Below are positions 1 through 13,000 of a stretch of DNA of 64,000 nucleotides, one piece after another. The stretch comes from Antedon mediterranea (Eukaryota; Animalia; Echinodermata). The stretch spans positions 26,322,912 to 26,386,911 of the forward strand of contig NC_092675.1 in the NCBI RefSeq assembly GCF_964355755.1, written 5' to 3'. The notes beneath the pieces were generated by a model. It was not told where the DNA came from. It saw only the letters and a list, made by a program, of their open reading frames with translations, and did no database searches. The position numbers and the translations under genes were made by a program. Each line of letters begins with the position of its first letter. Positions within the stretch are counted from its first letter, which is position 1.

Positions 1-253
1 AAAATATTCTTATAATTGTTTTATATGTTGTTTTTTATACTATTTTATTCATGAACCTTTTTACTTGTTTTATGTGATTTTGATTAAATAAATGAATGAA
101 TGAATGAATGAAAGTAATAATTTCATGAATATAATGAACCAGATTAAGCAAAAGGGAACATTATACAGAAATTGAATTGTTATATGTCATATTCGTTACG
201 ATTTACCGCACTGATACCTTTTATAATTGTATCAGAAGTAGGCCTGATGTTTC

Positions 254-588
254 AAACTTTCAAAGTAATATTGAATGATTGATGTTTATCATTTGATTGT
301 GTAACATACTGTTGTTGTATAAGTACCCTCCATCCACCTTTTTTCACATTACAGTTTCATGTACAACATCAGATAAAGGACGAGTTTTGTTTTGACATGA
401 AGATAAAAAAAACAGCAATCCTAGCCTATTAAATAATACAAAGTGAAACTTTCAAATTATTATTGATTTGATTGATGTTTATCATTTGATTGTCAACATA
501 CTGTTGTATAAGTACTTCCATCCTCTTTTATTCACATTATACTTCGACGTCGGGTAACGGACGATTTTTTAGTTGACATGACGCTAAG
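254..588. repeat. Diverged direct duplication (~150 bp x2) upstream of paralog 1
   Basis: 254-406 and 446-588 share aaactttcaaa...tgattgatgtttatcatttgattgt...aacatactgttg...tataagtac...ggacga...ttgacatga. Confidence 0.75.
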
Positions 589-1013
589 CTATGTAAGTAG
601 ACTATTCTTAATCTTATCAAAATGAGGTTATGTTTCAGAAATTTTCTTAACAGGCCCACTAACCATAACCAAATAATTTGTGAATTCACATCAGTAGGTT
701 TCTTCTCTGTGTTGTCTTCGATTGGTATAATTAAGCCAATTTTGATTACACAACCGAGTTAATGTACTTTCTTATATTCCGTTTTAGCATACGTACTTTT
801 GGATAACGAACGTATTTTCTGTATCTTAACTTTTATAAAATGTCAGCATTACTTTTTACTTTAAACTTCCTCTTAAAAGGAGAAATAAGGAATAATATGC
901 ATCGTTCAAAGTCAATTTTTAATCAAATGGTTAAATTAATAATGATGTGCAAAGTGAGGAAAGAAACACAGACAAATTATAATTCATCGCCTATTTCTTT
1001 TTAACAGAAAATC

Positions 1014-4000
1014 ATGATCGTTAGAATTGTAATTTTGATGCACGTTATATGTTCCTGTTTGGGTAGGTTATAATGTCAAATTAATTAACTTTTATGATTT
1101 TTTTCCCTATAAAATAAATAAATACATTGCTATAATCGCTTCAATACAATGTTTTTGTTCAGCTGAAATAAAAATAAACATTTAACTTCATGATTCCAAC
1201 ATGACGTAATAATAATACTATTTTTATTCTGTCATGTTATGTATATAATGTCTAATCCGAATGTAGACTATATAATTAGGTGTAAGTAGGTAAGTTAATT
1301 TTTTTTATTAATAATTATTTATATAGTCTAAAAAAATTATGATCGGATCGTCTAGAGGATGATGGTGATCACGTTAGCCATCAAATTATTTTTTTAAATA
1401 TAATTGGGCCAATTGTTTTCATTATTTTATTGCATTTGATATTGATCAGTACATATACAATTATTTTATTTATTATTATTATTTACTGTCTCAGGAACAA
1501 GTGGCTATATAACCGTTTTGAACTTATATCCGCAAAGCAATACTGACCACAAATACCAATGTTACACTCCTAAAGAATTCCCTGATGGTAGTAGCTTGAG
1601 TTTTGGTAGATCATTTGCAATAAGAAAAGATGAAGATTTGAAAGAAACGCAATGGAACGGAGTGCCGCGTGTGAAAAATAAATATGTTATAGATGATCCA
1701 CCGGTAGGCATGGGAGTATACTACTGCAAGGCAATTGAAAATAATATCATCACAATCGTTCAAACTACAAAAATAAGAAATGATGGTAAGTCAATCCTTC
1801 AGTAACATTTAGTTCTGTAGACAGTACATTAGATAAGCAGTTCAAAATTGTTAGCATTAACATTGAATTGTATAGTTATATAATAATTGTAATAGTAATA
1901 CATATTATATAATGCTAAATTTAAACCCAATTGTTTTGTCTCCTAGCCCTAATTATTAATGACCATGGAAAAATGTGTAATTATTTTGAATTTAATAAAT
2001 TATACATACATTTCATCCTAATACACATCTGTGTATAACTAAAGTGGCGTATGGAAATTGGTTGCTTAAAGTGTTCTCCAACAATAATTAAAAGTTGTGC
2101 GCCGAGTGAATGGGATAGAATAATCAATTGAAGTGCAATAGCTCGAAATATTAGTGACATGCACTTTAAAAATGCATCAATCTTGTAACTGATCTACCAT
2201 CAGAAAATATACATCCTTTGTACATTATGGTAAACTATAACAAGAGTTGATTGATAACACAATTCAATATTTTACAGTGATCCTTTAATAATTTTCTTGA
2301 AAGAATAATTGACACTACTAAAAAATTTAAGCAATTTTTAAAATTAAATATCTGTAAAGTAATAAATAAACTGTCTTATTGTTTTAACAGCCTTAATAAC
2401 GCCAACACATTCTAAAAACACAGTAACTGTAAATGTTTGGGAAAATGTCACAATTGGATTCAACACTAATTTAACAAGTGATTTAGTGTGGAGGAAAAAT
2501 GGCTCTACACAATTAATGATTGGAATGGAAAAGAGCATGACCTTTGACCCAGTAGAGACCAGTGATGCTGGAGTTTACGAGATGTATGAGGATGGTAACC
2601 GGAATGATAAAAGACATGCATTTATCAAGTTGATAGTACGAGGTAAATACAATTATCGCCTTAGTTTGAAGTCAACCAAGGATTAAAAAAAACCAATATG
2701 TTTTATTATACTATCAGTACCATAATATATCAATCAATCAATCGTTCGATTTATATAGCGCCATTCCAACATTCATTGCTCATGGCGCTGTAGAAAAAAT
2801 CAGAAAAGGTGAGTTTTGAGTAGTGACTTAAAGTGACTCAATAACGATGTGTGTTATATATATAACCTACTAATCCTCAGTTAAAAATAATTGACAAGTA
2901 CAATCATAAAATAGGCAAATTAATATAAAAATATGTATAATATAATGTTCAGTTCTTTTAAATCGATGTGCTATGTTTAGTTTAATTTAAAGTTTTTATC
3001 CCTTTTTTTGTAATCATATTTTGGTGATTTTACATAATTGCTACTAGAAAAAATAAATGTGTCACCCAACGAAAGAGAAATAGAAATGTACAGCGAAAAA
3101 AACAAAACTCTAGATATTAAACTATTCATATTTACGATGTCCATCTTCCATCTCACCTACGGAAATGGTAACACAGAGAGACTTTATTTTCTATCCCCAT
3201 TTGTTTTTAAATTCATAATGTAGTAGAGTATAAGTATAGTATGGAATTTCGTTTGATAGGGTGTCCACGTCATAAATGGGATCCACCTGATTGTACTGGT
3301 GACTGTGAATACTGCTATAATGGAGGTGTTTGTGATGATAAAACAGGATTATGTATCTGTGCACCTGGATTTATGGGATCAACATGTGAATATGGTAAGA
3401 ATTTTGAACATCTAGATAGATAGACACACCGCTCGTGTCGAGTTTACACCGCTCATTATATCGATAACTTCCAGTTCCAATATATCTGAATGTAATGCTT
3501 ATTTGTACTGCATTTAAACTTTGAATGGAATTTTATACATGTATACATGTATTATGTGAATGAACTTCTCCGACGACAGACGCCACACATTGATTGACCT
3601 GACATAGGTTGGTTAATGGTCATCGAAATCTAAAGCTCCTTGAGATAATAAGTCACACATAAAGTAATATTTAAAGTAATACGTCCGAGAGTTAGTACAG
3701 GTCATTAGGATGCTCTCTTTCTTCTTTTTCTGGTACGAATTTGCTATTCTCCGTGCCTCCTCGCCTATTACACAACATGGCAACTCCAGGTGATATTAAA
3801 CATTAGGTCAATTCCACAATTTTTTTGTTATTTTTAAAATTGTCAACTGTTAGCAATCTTAATATGTTTACGTGGTAAGAAAAATTATTTCCATTAAAAA
3901 AAATGATATTTAGAAAACTTAAAAAATAAATCAATATGAGGTTTAATTAAATTCTATAACAGACAACTAAATACATGTCATTTCTTTTTAGAATTAAAGA

Positions 4001-7000
4001 ACTAAATATATTGTTAGAGATTTTGTTTTAAAAAATAGAATTAATCCACATAGAAATATTAGGGAGGGGCCAACAGAAGTATTAATAATTTTATCGGGTT
4101 GTTACCAAAAAACAACATTTTTTTAAATCTAATTAAGAACAATTACAATATTTTCCAAACTATTAAAAAATATAGCTTTACATACACTTCATTCATTCTG
4201 CTTTTATTCAATATTTCTCTTTGCAGAATATATAAAATAAAACTGAATTGCGAGAGATTTACATATAAAATTGGTACAAGCTTTCAAACATCAAAATTTA
4301 CAACATTAAAAAGTTAAAAAGTTTAAAAAAAATATTTTTAAAAAGGAGATATTACACATGGAAGAAACTGATGAAAGTACTTATTACTTATTATTATTAT
4401 TATTATTATTGTTGTGTTTATTTTGGTTTATTAATGAGTCTACACAGTGCTGGGAAACATGAGTTGTTGAATCTTTTAGTATTGCCATATATTTCACTTT
4501 GCTTCTTAGCATTCCTAAGTATCCTGCCACACGTTTTGCCTCTCAATTTAGGAAGTGCGTTAGGGACGATTTTGTTAAGATTTTTAGCAAAATCAAAAAG
4601 AATATCTTCTCTTCTTTGATCTAAAAATTTAAGATTAGTTTAATTGCTTGATCATAGGATGCATATTTTTGTCCGAGAATTATTCTACATGCGCGTTTCT
4701 GTATAGATTCAAGCTCCATGGACTGTGCTATGGTTAAGGCAGAGTGCCATACCGGACACGCATCAGTTACAGGTCTTATGTGGCTAATATACATTTGACG
4801 CAGATGGTTACAAGGCATTCCAAATCTTTTTAAACATGTCAACATATGTAATCTGTTACTGGCTCTATTAACAACATCGTGGATATGCATATTCCATTTC
4901 AGATCATTAGTGATCTGAACCCCAAGTAACTTTAAACATTCAACATTGGTTATTTTTATATTATTTATCGTAAATGATTTAACAATGGGTTGAGATTTGG
5001 CAAAAGAAATGTTCATAAAGTTAGTTTTTTCAATATTAATTATCATATTATCGTCTTTGGTCCATTGTGATAGTTCGTTTAATTGATCTTGAACATTAGG
5101 CGGGGTTTTCTTGTTGTGAACTTCACATATTGAAAAATCATCTACATACTTCCACCGATTTGGGAAGTCTCTAAGCGAATTGTTAACCATTACTTGGAAA
5201 ATTAAGGGACCCAGTTTCGTCCCCTGAGGAACTCCGCAAGTTATTCCTTGCCAGTTTGAAAAACCGCCATTGAGTTTCACTCTCTGTTTACGTTCGCTCA
5301 GAAAATCACAAATCCACGGCATCAATTCAGGTTGAACTCCAATATCAATTAACTTCTTGACAGCGATTGTATGATCAATTAGGTCAAACGCTTTACGAAA
5401 ATCAACTGCAATAACCGTTGCTTCGTGTCCAGGTTTATCAAGACCTTGAAGTAAATAGTGTAACATGCTAGTAAGATAGTGACTTGTAGACGCTCCTGTG
5501 CGATTTCCAAATTGCATTTCGTCTAATTTAGGCGCGATCTTGGGTTTTATCCATGACGAGAAAAAGTGTTCTAGCATGCGTACAAAAATTGGTGTAATGG
5601 ATATGGGTCTGATTTGAGTTAAGTTAACCGGTCCTTTCACTTTAGGAAGTGGGGTTATGGTCGCCTCTTTCCACTTGCGCGGGACTATGCCTTGCGAGAG
5701 TGATGCGTTGTAGATGTCAACTAACGGTGATGCAATTTCAAATGCGAATTCTTTGATGACGCGAGGCGGTAGATCACCCGGGGCAACTGATTTGTTGCAG
5801 TTTATTTTCTGAAGCTGATGATACACCTGCCAGAAGTTGAGTGTCGGTGCATAGCCACAAGGAAGGTATGATGGTAGACTATTAGTTTGTAGGGGTTCAA
5901 TCTTCTGGCATATATTCGCCAGGTAGTTATTTATTAGTTCGCAAATTTTAAGCGGATCGGTTTCTTCAGTTTCTAGATTCAACACCGATTTCTTTTTATT
6001 CGTACCGCATATTTGGTTAACTTTTTGGAACCACTGCTTTGCGTTAGTGTTTTGCAGATTGTTAACTTCGTATTTGTAGTATTTAATCTTTGCTTGTTTG
6101 ATTTCCCAAATTACTTGGTTTCTAAGTGTACGGAAATGGCGGGACATTTTTTCATATTTATGAAAGCTAATTTGTCTCTCCTCTTACAAAGTCCTTTTAT
6201 TTTTGGTGTGATCCATGGTTTGTCATTTGAATGAACTTTAATTCTGCGCTTTGGGAAACAACGTTCGTATGCCAGACATAATGTTGATTCGAAAATATTT
6301 ACTTTTTCATCAAGGTCGTCGGTTTCCAGTATTTCATGCCAATCTTGTGATGTTATCCATTGACCAAATCTATTGCAAGCAGATTCGCTAAAAGGCCGGA
6401 AAGACTTAATAACATTGCGGCCCTTAATGCAGACGAATCCAGGTTTTGGTTTCCATAAAATCGAATTATGGTCACTACGACCAAAGGGTGCATGAACAAC
6501 CGGTTCTTCGTAATGTTGATAAAAGTTAGTTATAAGCAAGTCCAGAATATTACCACTGTTGTCCCTAGTTGAAGTTTTGACAACTTGTCGAAGACCAGTT
6601 GACGAGCAAAATTGTTTAACTTTCGCGCGGGCTTCGTTAAAATCACCGCTAATGAGAATCGCCGCTGACGGTGATGATGTTCTAATGCTGTCAACGGATT
6701 CTCTTAAATAACGAAGAAGTGTTGTTTGTGTACTAACTGGTTGTCCAGGGCTGTAATAAATAATACACAAATGTAAGGATGACATGATCCGTGGCGTTTT
6801 TGATGGCGATACTTTAATCCACATACCTTCCAGAACATCTGGAATAGGAATAGGATTGATTGTGCGAGCTTTGATAGTATCCTTAATTAGTGCAGCTACG
6901 CCACCCCCTATACGATCACTCCGTCCACTACTAAAACAAAAGTATCCGTCGATATCAATTTTGTGTTCGTTTTCTTTATTAGTCCATGATTCACTAAACA

Positions 7001-10000
7001 GGCCAATGTCAATATGTTTATCTTCCAAATACATAGACATTTCATCAATCTTATTCATTATAGACCTTATAAGGTTACTTTTTAAAAAACCTTATTTTTA
7101 CATTTTTATATGATATTAAAAAGCGTCTGGTTGTTACCGAGTTGGTCACGGACATGTCAGTCTGTGACCAGTGTTATTACAGTAAGCTAAAGTCAGCATT
7201 TTAACAGTAAAGTTTATTTCAATATGCTTTGAAATCAATAATCAAAATATAGTATATAGTTAAAAAAAATTGAATTAATCAACATAGAAATATTAAGGAG
7301 GAGCCAACATAATAACTACTAATCAAAATAATAATAATAATAATAATAATAAGATTTTTATAGCGCACATACCACTCCAGAGTGCTCAAGGCGCATTTAA
7401 AAATAAAAAAGAAATAAATCATACAAATTCCTGGCAAATAAAATGCAATTTCTTTGGAGGGTCCCCATCCGTTGTCATTCTGTCGCGGTCCCGGACCCCT
7501 ACCTAGGTGACCAAACAAAGGAGCAGGATACACATTTGCCTTGCCACAGACGACCGGGTGCTCAGAGACAACAACCAAGACAGAGGCACCCCAAAGAGAA
7601 TGCTGGCCAGGAAAAGGTATAAAAAACAATTCTAAGTCTAAACAACTTTAAGAAAACTCATGATTTCCATATGCCTTAATGAATAAATGTGTTTTTAATA
7701 ATTTTTTAAAAGTATCAACAGTTTTGCAAAATCTTATAGAGCTCGGTAGAGCATTCCACAGACGAGGAGCAGTAACAGAGAATGCTCTGTCACCCCATGA
7801 GTGGTGAGACCTAGGCTGATGTAGAAGCAGCGAGTCACTAGAGCGCAGATTACGTCCGGGAACATACAGCCTAAGCATGTCAGAAATATATTCAGGAGCC
7901 ATGCCATTTATAGACTTAAAAACAAAGAGTAATATTTTAAAAACAATGCGGTACCTAACAGGGAGCCAATGCAATATTTCCAAAGTATTTGATATGTGTC
8001 CATATCTTGGTAATTTTTTAACAACTCGTGCCGCTGTATTTTGAATCAGTTGGAGCCTGTGGAGTTGTTTTTGTGGTAGCCCGTATAGCAAAGAGTTTCC
8101 CATATCTAGTCGTGAAGTGACAAAAGCATGAACAAGTTGTTTAGCTGCTGTCTCATTTATAAACTTACGAACCCTTCGAATGTTTTGCAAGTGAAAAGAC
8201 GACGCAGAAATAGTTTTTGAGATATGAGAAATCATAGTCATACCCACATCCATTTCAACCCCAAGATTTCTAACCTGCATAGCCGGGTCAATTTGGGTTT
8301 CACCAATGTGAATAAAGCTTGGTGGCAGTTTTTCCAACTGCTGTTTTGATCCAAAGAGAACAAATTCTGTTTTTTCATCATTTAATTTAAGAAAGTTGTT
8401 TTTCATCCAGACACGCAATTCATAGATACAATGTTGGAGCAATTCCAAAGAAATGTCACTGTGTTTCATAGTAGGTTTAAAAGAAATATAAATCTGAGTA
8501 TCATCAGCATAAACATGATAGCACAGATCATATTTACTTATGATATCCCGTATCGGGTGTAAATAAATAGTAAACCATTGCGGCCCAAGAACAGATCCTT
8601 GTGGTACCGAAAAGTTTAGAAAAGAAGCTTTTGAAATAGCATCACCAATACATACGTGTTGAGGTCGTTTTTCCAAATATGACCGACACCAATCAAGTGC
8701 ATTTCCTTCAATACCAATATAGGTACTGAGTCTATTTAGCAACACAGAATGATCAACCGTATCAAATGCTGCACTTAAATCTAATAATACTAGAGCAGTT
8801 AGCTTTCCATCATCCATCCCACGTAGGATGTCATTATTTACACGAAGTAATGCCGTTTCAGTACTGTGATGCGCTTTGTAGGCAGATTGATACGGATCAA
8901 GTAGGCCATGTTTTTGTACATGCGACAAAATCCGTTTAGAAACAACCTTCTCAATTATTTTTTCTAAAAAACTAAGATTCGAGATAGGTCTGTAGTTTTT
9001 CAGAATCTCGGGATCTAGACCTGTTTTTTTCAATGTGGGTCGAACATGGGTGACTTTTAGAGACTCTGGGAAAGAACCACTTTCAAGAGACTTATTAACA
9101 ATATGTGTGATTAATGGAATAAATGCAGAAGTACATTTCTTAATCAGTGAAGTTGGTACCGGGTCAAGTGCACATGATTTAGAAGGAGAATTTTTGACAA
9201 TTTTTAAAATTTCCTCATCACTTGCAGGTTCGAACTGAGAAAACCGTATAGACCTAGTTAAACCATAAGATATATTACATTTATCAGAAGCAGTTATAAC
9301 TTCGCCAGTATTTTCATTTTCTAGTGAATCACGAATTGATTTAATTTTATTTACAAAAAACACAGAAAATCTTTCAGCAAGAGCTTCATCGGAGACAGAC
9401 GAAGGAAGGACCGATGACTTGGAGTGATGTAAAAGTTTATTTACTATATTGAAAAGTTTCTTTTGATCACCTGTGCAGTCACTAACCAGACTAGAGTAAT
9501 ACCGCGTCTTGGCCTTTTCAATCAGTCCATTTACAACGCATCTTTGAACACAGTATTCCTGTCTATCCTTAAGAAGCTTTGATTTCATCCATTTACGTTC
9601 AAGTTGACGACGTACTTTCCTTTCAGATCGAATTTCATCGGTATACCACGGTTTAGCTTCCTTTTGCCTAATTGTTTTGTTCTGAACTGGCGCATGTAAA
9701 TCAAGTACAGCTCTGAGATCAGAATAGCTTTCTACACTGTCTTCAAGAATTACACTTACATCAGTTATATTAGACACACAGGCTTTAATGTCATTTGTGA
9801 ATTTATCAATATCAATTTGTTTTAGGTTGCGACTTTTTCTTACAGTTTTGTGTGTTGTGGGCCGTTTAAGATCAAACTTGCAAAATATGGCAAAATGATC
9901 CGACAGGCCAGGGTGTATCTTTACATCCGAGAGAAGTAGATCATCTCTAGTGATGATAAGGTCGAGGCAGTGCCCACTACAGTGTGTGGGTTCATTTATA

Positions 10001-13000
10001 TGCTGCTGGAGACCAAACGATCTAAGCAGTGTTTTAAATCTATCCGCTGCCACATTTTTTTTATTATCCATATGGATATTAAAGTCTCCGCAGAAAACAA
10101 TTTCAGACGAAAAGAGAATAAAGTCAAACAACATTTTTTCAAAATCATTTAGGAACTCTGTAACAGACAAGGTTGGTGGTCGATATATGTTAACTAAACG
10201 AAGAGATTTCGAGTTAGACGTAATATGCACATGTATAGCCTCAAATGATGCATATGTATGTACATCCGTTTTCAAGTTAACAACTAAGCTTGACTTAGAC
10301 ATAATTCCAACACCACCCCCAGTTTTGTCCACCCTAGGGACATGCACAAAGCGATATCCTAGTGGAGTTAAATCTCCAATCACAAGATCATCATCTGGTC
10401 TTAACCAGGTTTCAGACACCGCCACTACATCTAGATTATAGCTAACAACTAAGTCCACAAATTCATCACACTTGTTACGCAGTGAACGTGCATTTAGAAC
10501 GCCAAAATTAAGATGTTCTTTTTCTATAGACCTATGCTTTCCTGTGGATTTAGTACTCGTCTCACCATTTCCAGATACTTGCTCCACTCCTTTTCTTGAG
10601 GCTTTGCGTTGCGTGGATCGAGCATTAAGTACACATAATTTTAATTTAGAAAAATGAGTACTTATGGCGCTGTGTCCTTTTGCAGTCGGCGGACTGTGTC
10701 CAGGTACTGACTCCACTCTTGGTGTATTTGGTCTCTGTGGGGTTTTATTTGTAGAAATTGATGATTCTCCAATGGACGATTTGCTTCCGTTTGTCGTTGA
10801 TACATATTCGCACGATGAAAAATCGACGACTGTGGCTTGTGTATGTCAGGCACAGGTACAGACAAAGATTCGTCGCACGAATTTCCATTGATGTGGTTTA
10901 TAACATTTTTGGCAAATGACCCAACTCCAATTTGGTTTAGGTGAGTTCCATCCGAAGACAGGTGTTTTGACATGATACAACTATTGTCAATAAAGCCCCA
11001 ATTTCGCTGTCTAGCAACTGCTCGTATCTTGTCATTGGCATCGTTTATACGCTTAGATTCTGTAAGAGATTCATGTTTTCGATGAATTATCGAGGAGATT
11101 GTTACTCTTCTCGGTTGTAAAGATTCTCCGAGAGATGATATTTTTACTGCAATAGTGGCTGGGTCATCTGAGGAGTTATTAGTTCCCGCGTGTAGAATAA
11201 TTCTATCCACATTATGTTCTGTTGACAGTACTGCTGCCTTGTGTGCAATGTCATCAATTTTCGCGCCTCTCATTGTCTGACAGATTACGTTCAGATTTGT
11301 TGACCTGCTAAGTCGTTTTGGTTTAAACTGTTTTATCATCGAATCTCCAATAATCAAGATTTTTTTATCTAAAGCTGTATCAGGGTGTATCTGTTTGTGT
11401 TTGTTTCTATATTGGCTTAGTTGATCCTGGTATGCAGCAGACGCAGATGATTTTGATTTGGTCAGTTTTGAAGGAGTAGAAGATGGCTGCCTGTTGGTAA
11501 GCTCCTCAAACAGATTATCAATCAATTGTTCAGTTTGTGTAATAGAATCGTTTGTGTTAGAAGAAACTTTCCTTGTTTGCGTTGTCGTAGAACTTGTGTG
11601 ACTTTCCATTATTTGTTTTCTCGTCCTACGTTGTAGTTCAAAATCTGAGGTGTCGATGGCAATTTGCGTTCTTTTTAGTTCATATATTTCGTCTTTAGCT
11701 ATGGATAAGCTACGCTCCGTTTCTGTAACTTGTTGACGTAATGTCTTTATTTGTTCTTCCTTGTTCATTGTCCGTTTTTCCCATAACCTCCAAGACTCAA
11801 AGTCAAGTTTCAGATTTTTGTTTTCCTTCTCCAATTTTTTCATTCTTTCATTAGATTTGTCGATATCAGCTCTAATTTTAGAAATGTCATCATTTTTTTT
11901 GGGACAGTGTATTTTTAGACGCCTTTGTTTCAGAGACTCAACCTCAGATTTTAGTGATTTGTTTTCTGTTCTGAGATTTTCATTTTCTGTTCTTACAATT
12001 TGTAGCTTAAGCTCATAGTTTTCTTCCATATAGTTGACAATAATATTGTTAAACCTTTTATCAAAGGTTCCAGGATGTTGCTCATTTATTGAAGGGAATT
12101 CATCGCAGATTCTCAATAAGGTTGGCGGAGAACAAGCAGTTTGTGAGTTTGGCTTAGAATCCATTTTTGTTAGTGTTGGGGGAGAATCAGATATGTCGAT
12201 CCTCTCCATTTCTTTTTCCATATGTATACCATTTGTATTAGCTTGGCATTTGTATATCTTCTTTTTTTCGTTTTTCTTTTTCTGTTTCTTATCAGCCATC
12301 GCCTAGTCGTATCAAAAAGCTATTGTAAACCGAGAGTCGATCAAGCGTGAAGACCAAAAACAAAAGAAAACAAAAGATCTTGACAGTCCTTTCAGTGTTG
12401 CGTAATAGCTTGCACTGGGCGGCGATTCCTTTGATCTGACAAAAGGCGCTAAAAATACGTATCAATCTTCTCAGTAAAATCAGTCTAAATTTGTAAAAAC
12501 AGCTAACAGAGATATTAATTAAACTTTGATATTTCTTGTAACTAAGGTCGAGATCTTCACGATCGTTGATAAGTTGATTCTTTACAAAAAAGTTTAATGT
12601 CAAATATTAAAGTAGACGGAAATTATAGAATGGTCGATTTAATTTATTTGAGTAACCTACTATACGATCGTTTTTCGTGGGGGACCAACGTAACGGCTTA
12701 GCGTTACAATACACTGACTGGAGCCTACCTGATGATCAATTTGAAAAACCAAGTTTCAACACAGATTTCAACTCTGATGCAGGTTTATTTAAGTTCAGCA
12801 GTTTTCGTATGTCTTCAGTGCTATCTATATTAAAAATCCGTTGATTAAGAACTGAGATTTTTCGATGTTTTTAGAGCAGCAGAATTAGAAAATTTTAAAA
12901 ACCAACCGTTGTTTCACGCCCTCAAAATATATAACAAAAGACAAACTTCCTGGGAATGTTTTCTAATGATTTACTGCAAATACGCAAAAAACATAAGACA

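Larger units (their letters stand above)
7331..12921 (-). mobile_element. Full-length, intact L2/CR1-group LINE (~5.6 kb)
   Basis: Two long uninterrupted ORFs, ~620-bp 5' UTR, ~295-bp 3' UTR ending in an L2-type GCGCCTTGAG...GCGCTATAAAAAT stem-loop and (ATT)n tail. Candidate 8-bp TSD tcaaaata at 7323-7330 and 12922-12929. The 5' boundary is inferred from this TSD. Confidence 0.88.

Noticed and set aside
7279-7629. 116-aa ORF repeated as the 80-aa ORF at 44727-44969, suggesting a LINE 'ORF3'
   Set aside because: The similarity is explained by recent copying of the LINE 3' UTR. The frames diverge at the C-terminus, run into the tail repeat and lack an ATG start.
9035-12306. Several + strand ORFs (9035, 9950, 10472, 10664, 11761, 12034)
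   Set aside because: Antisense shadows of the long LINE ORFs, with no independent motifs.
12292-12603. 103-aa ORF upstream of and overlapping LINE ORF1
   Set aside because: Non-ATG start and no recognisable motif; most likely a chance ORF in the 5' UTR.
12729-12752. CTGATGA...GAAA hammerhead-like words in the LINE 5' UTR (also ctgatga at 26957)
   Set aside because: No foldable stem II or flanking stems I/III, and antisense to the LINE. The 26957 instance simply overlaps the paralog 1 stop codon.
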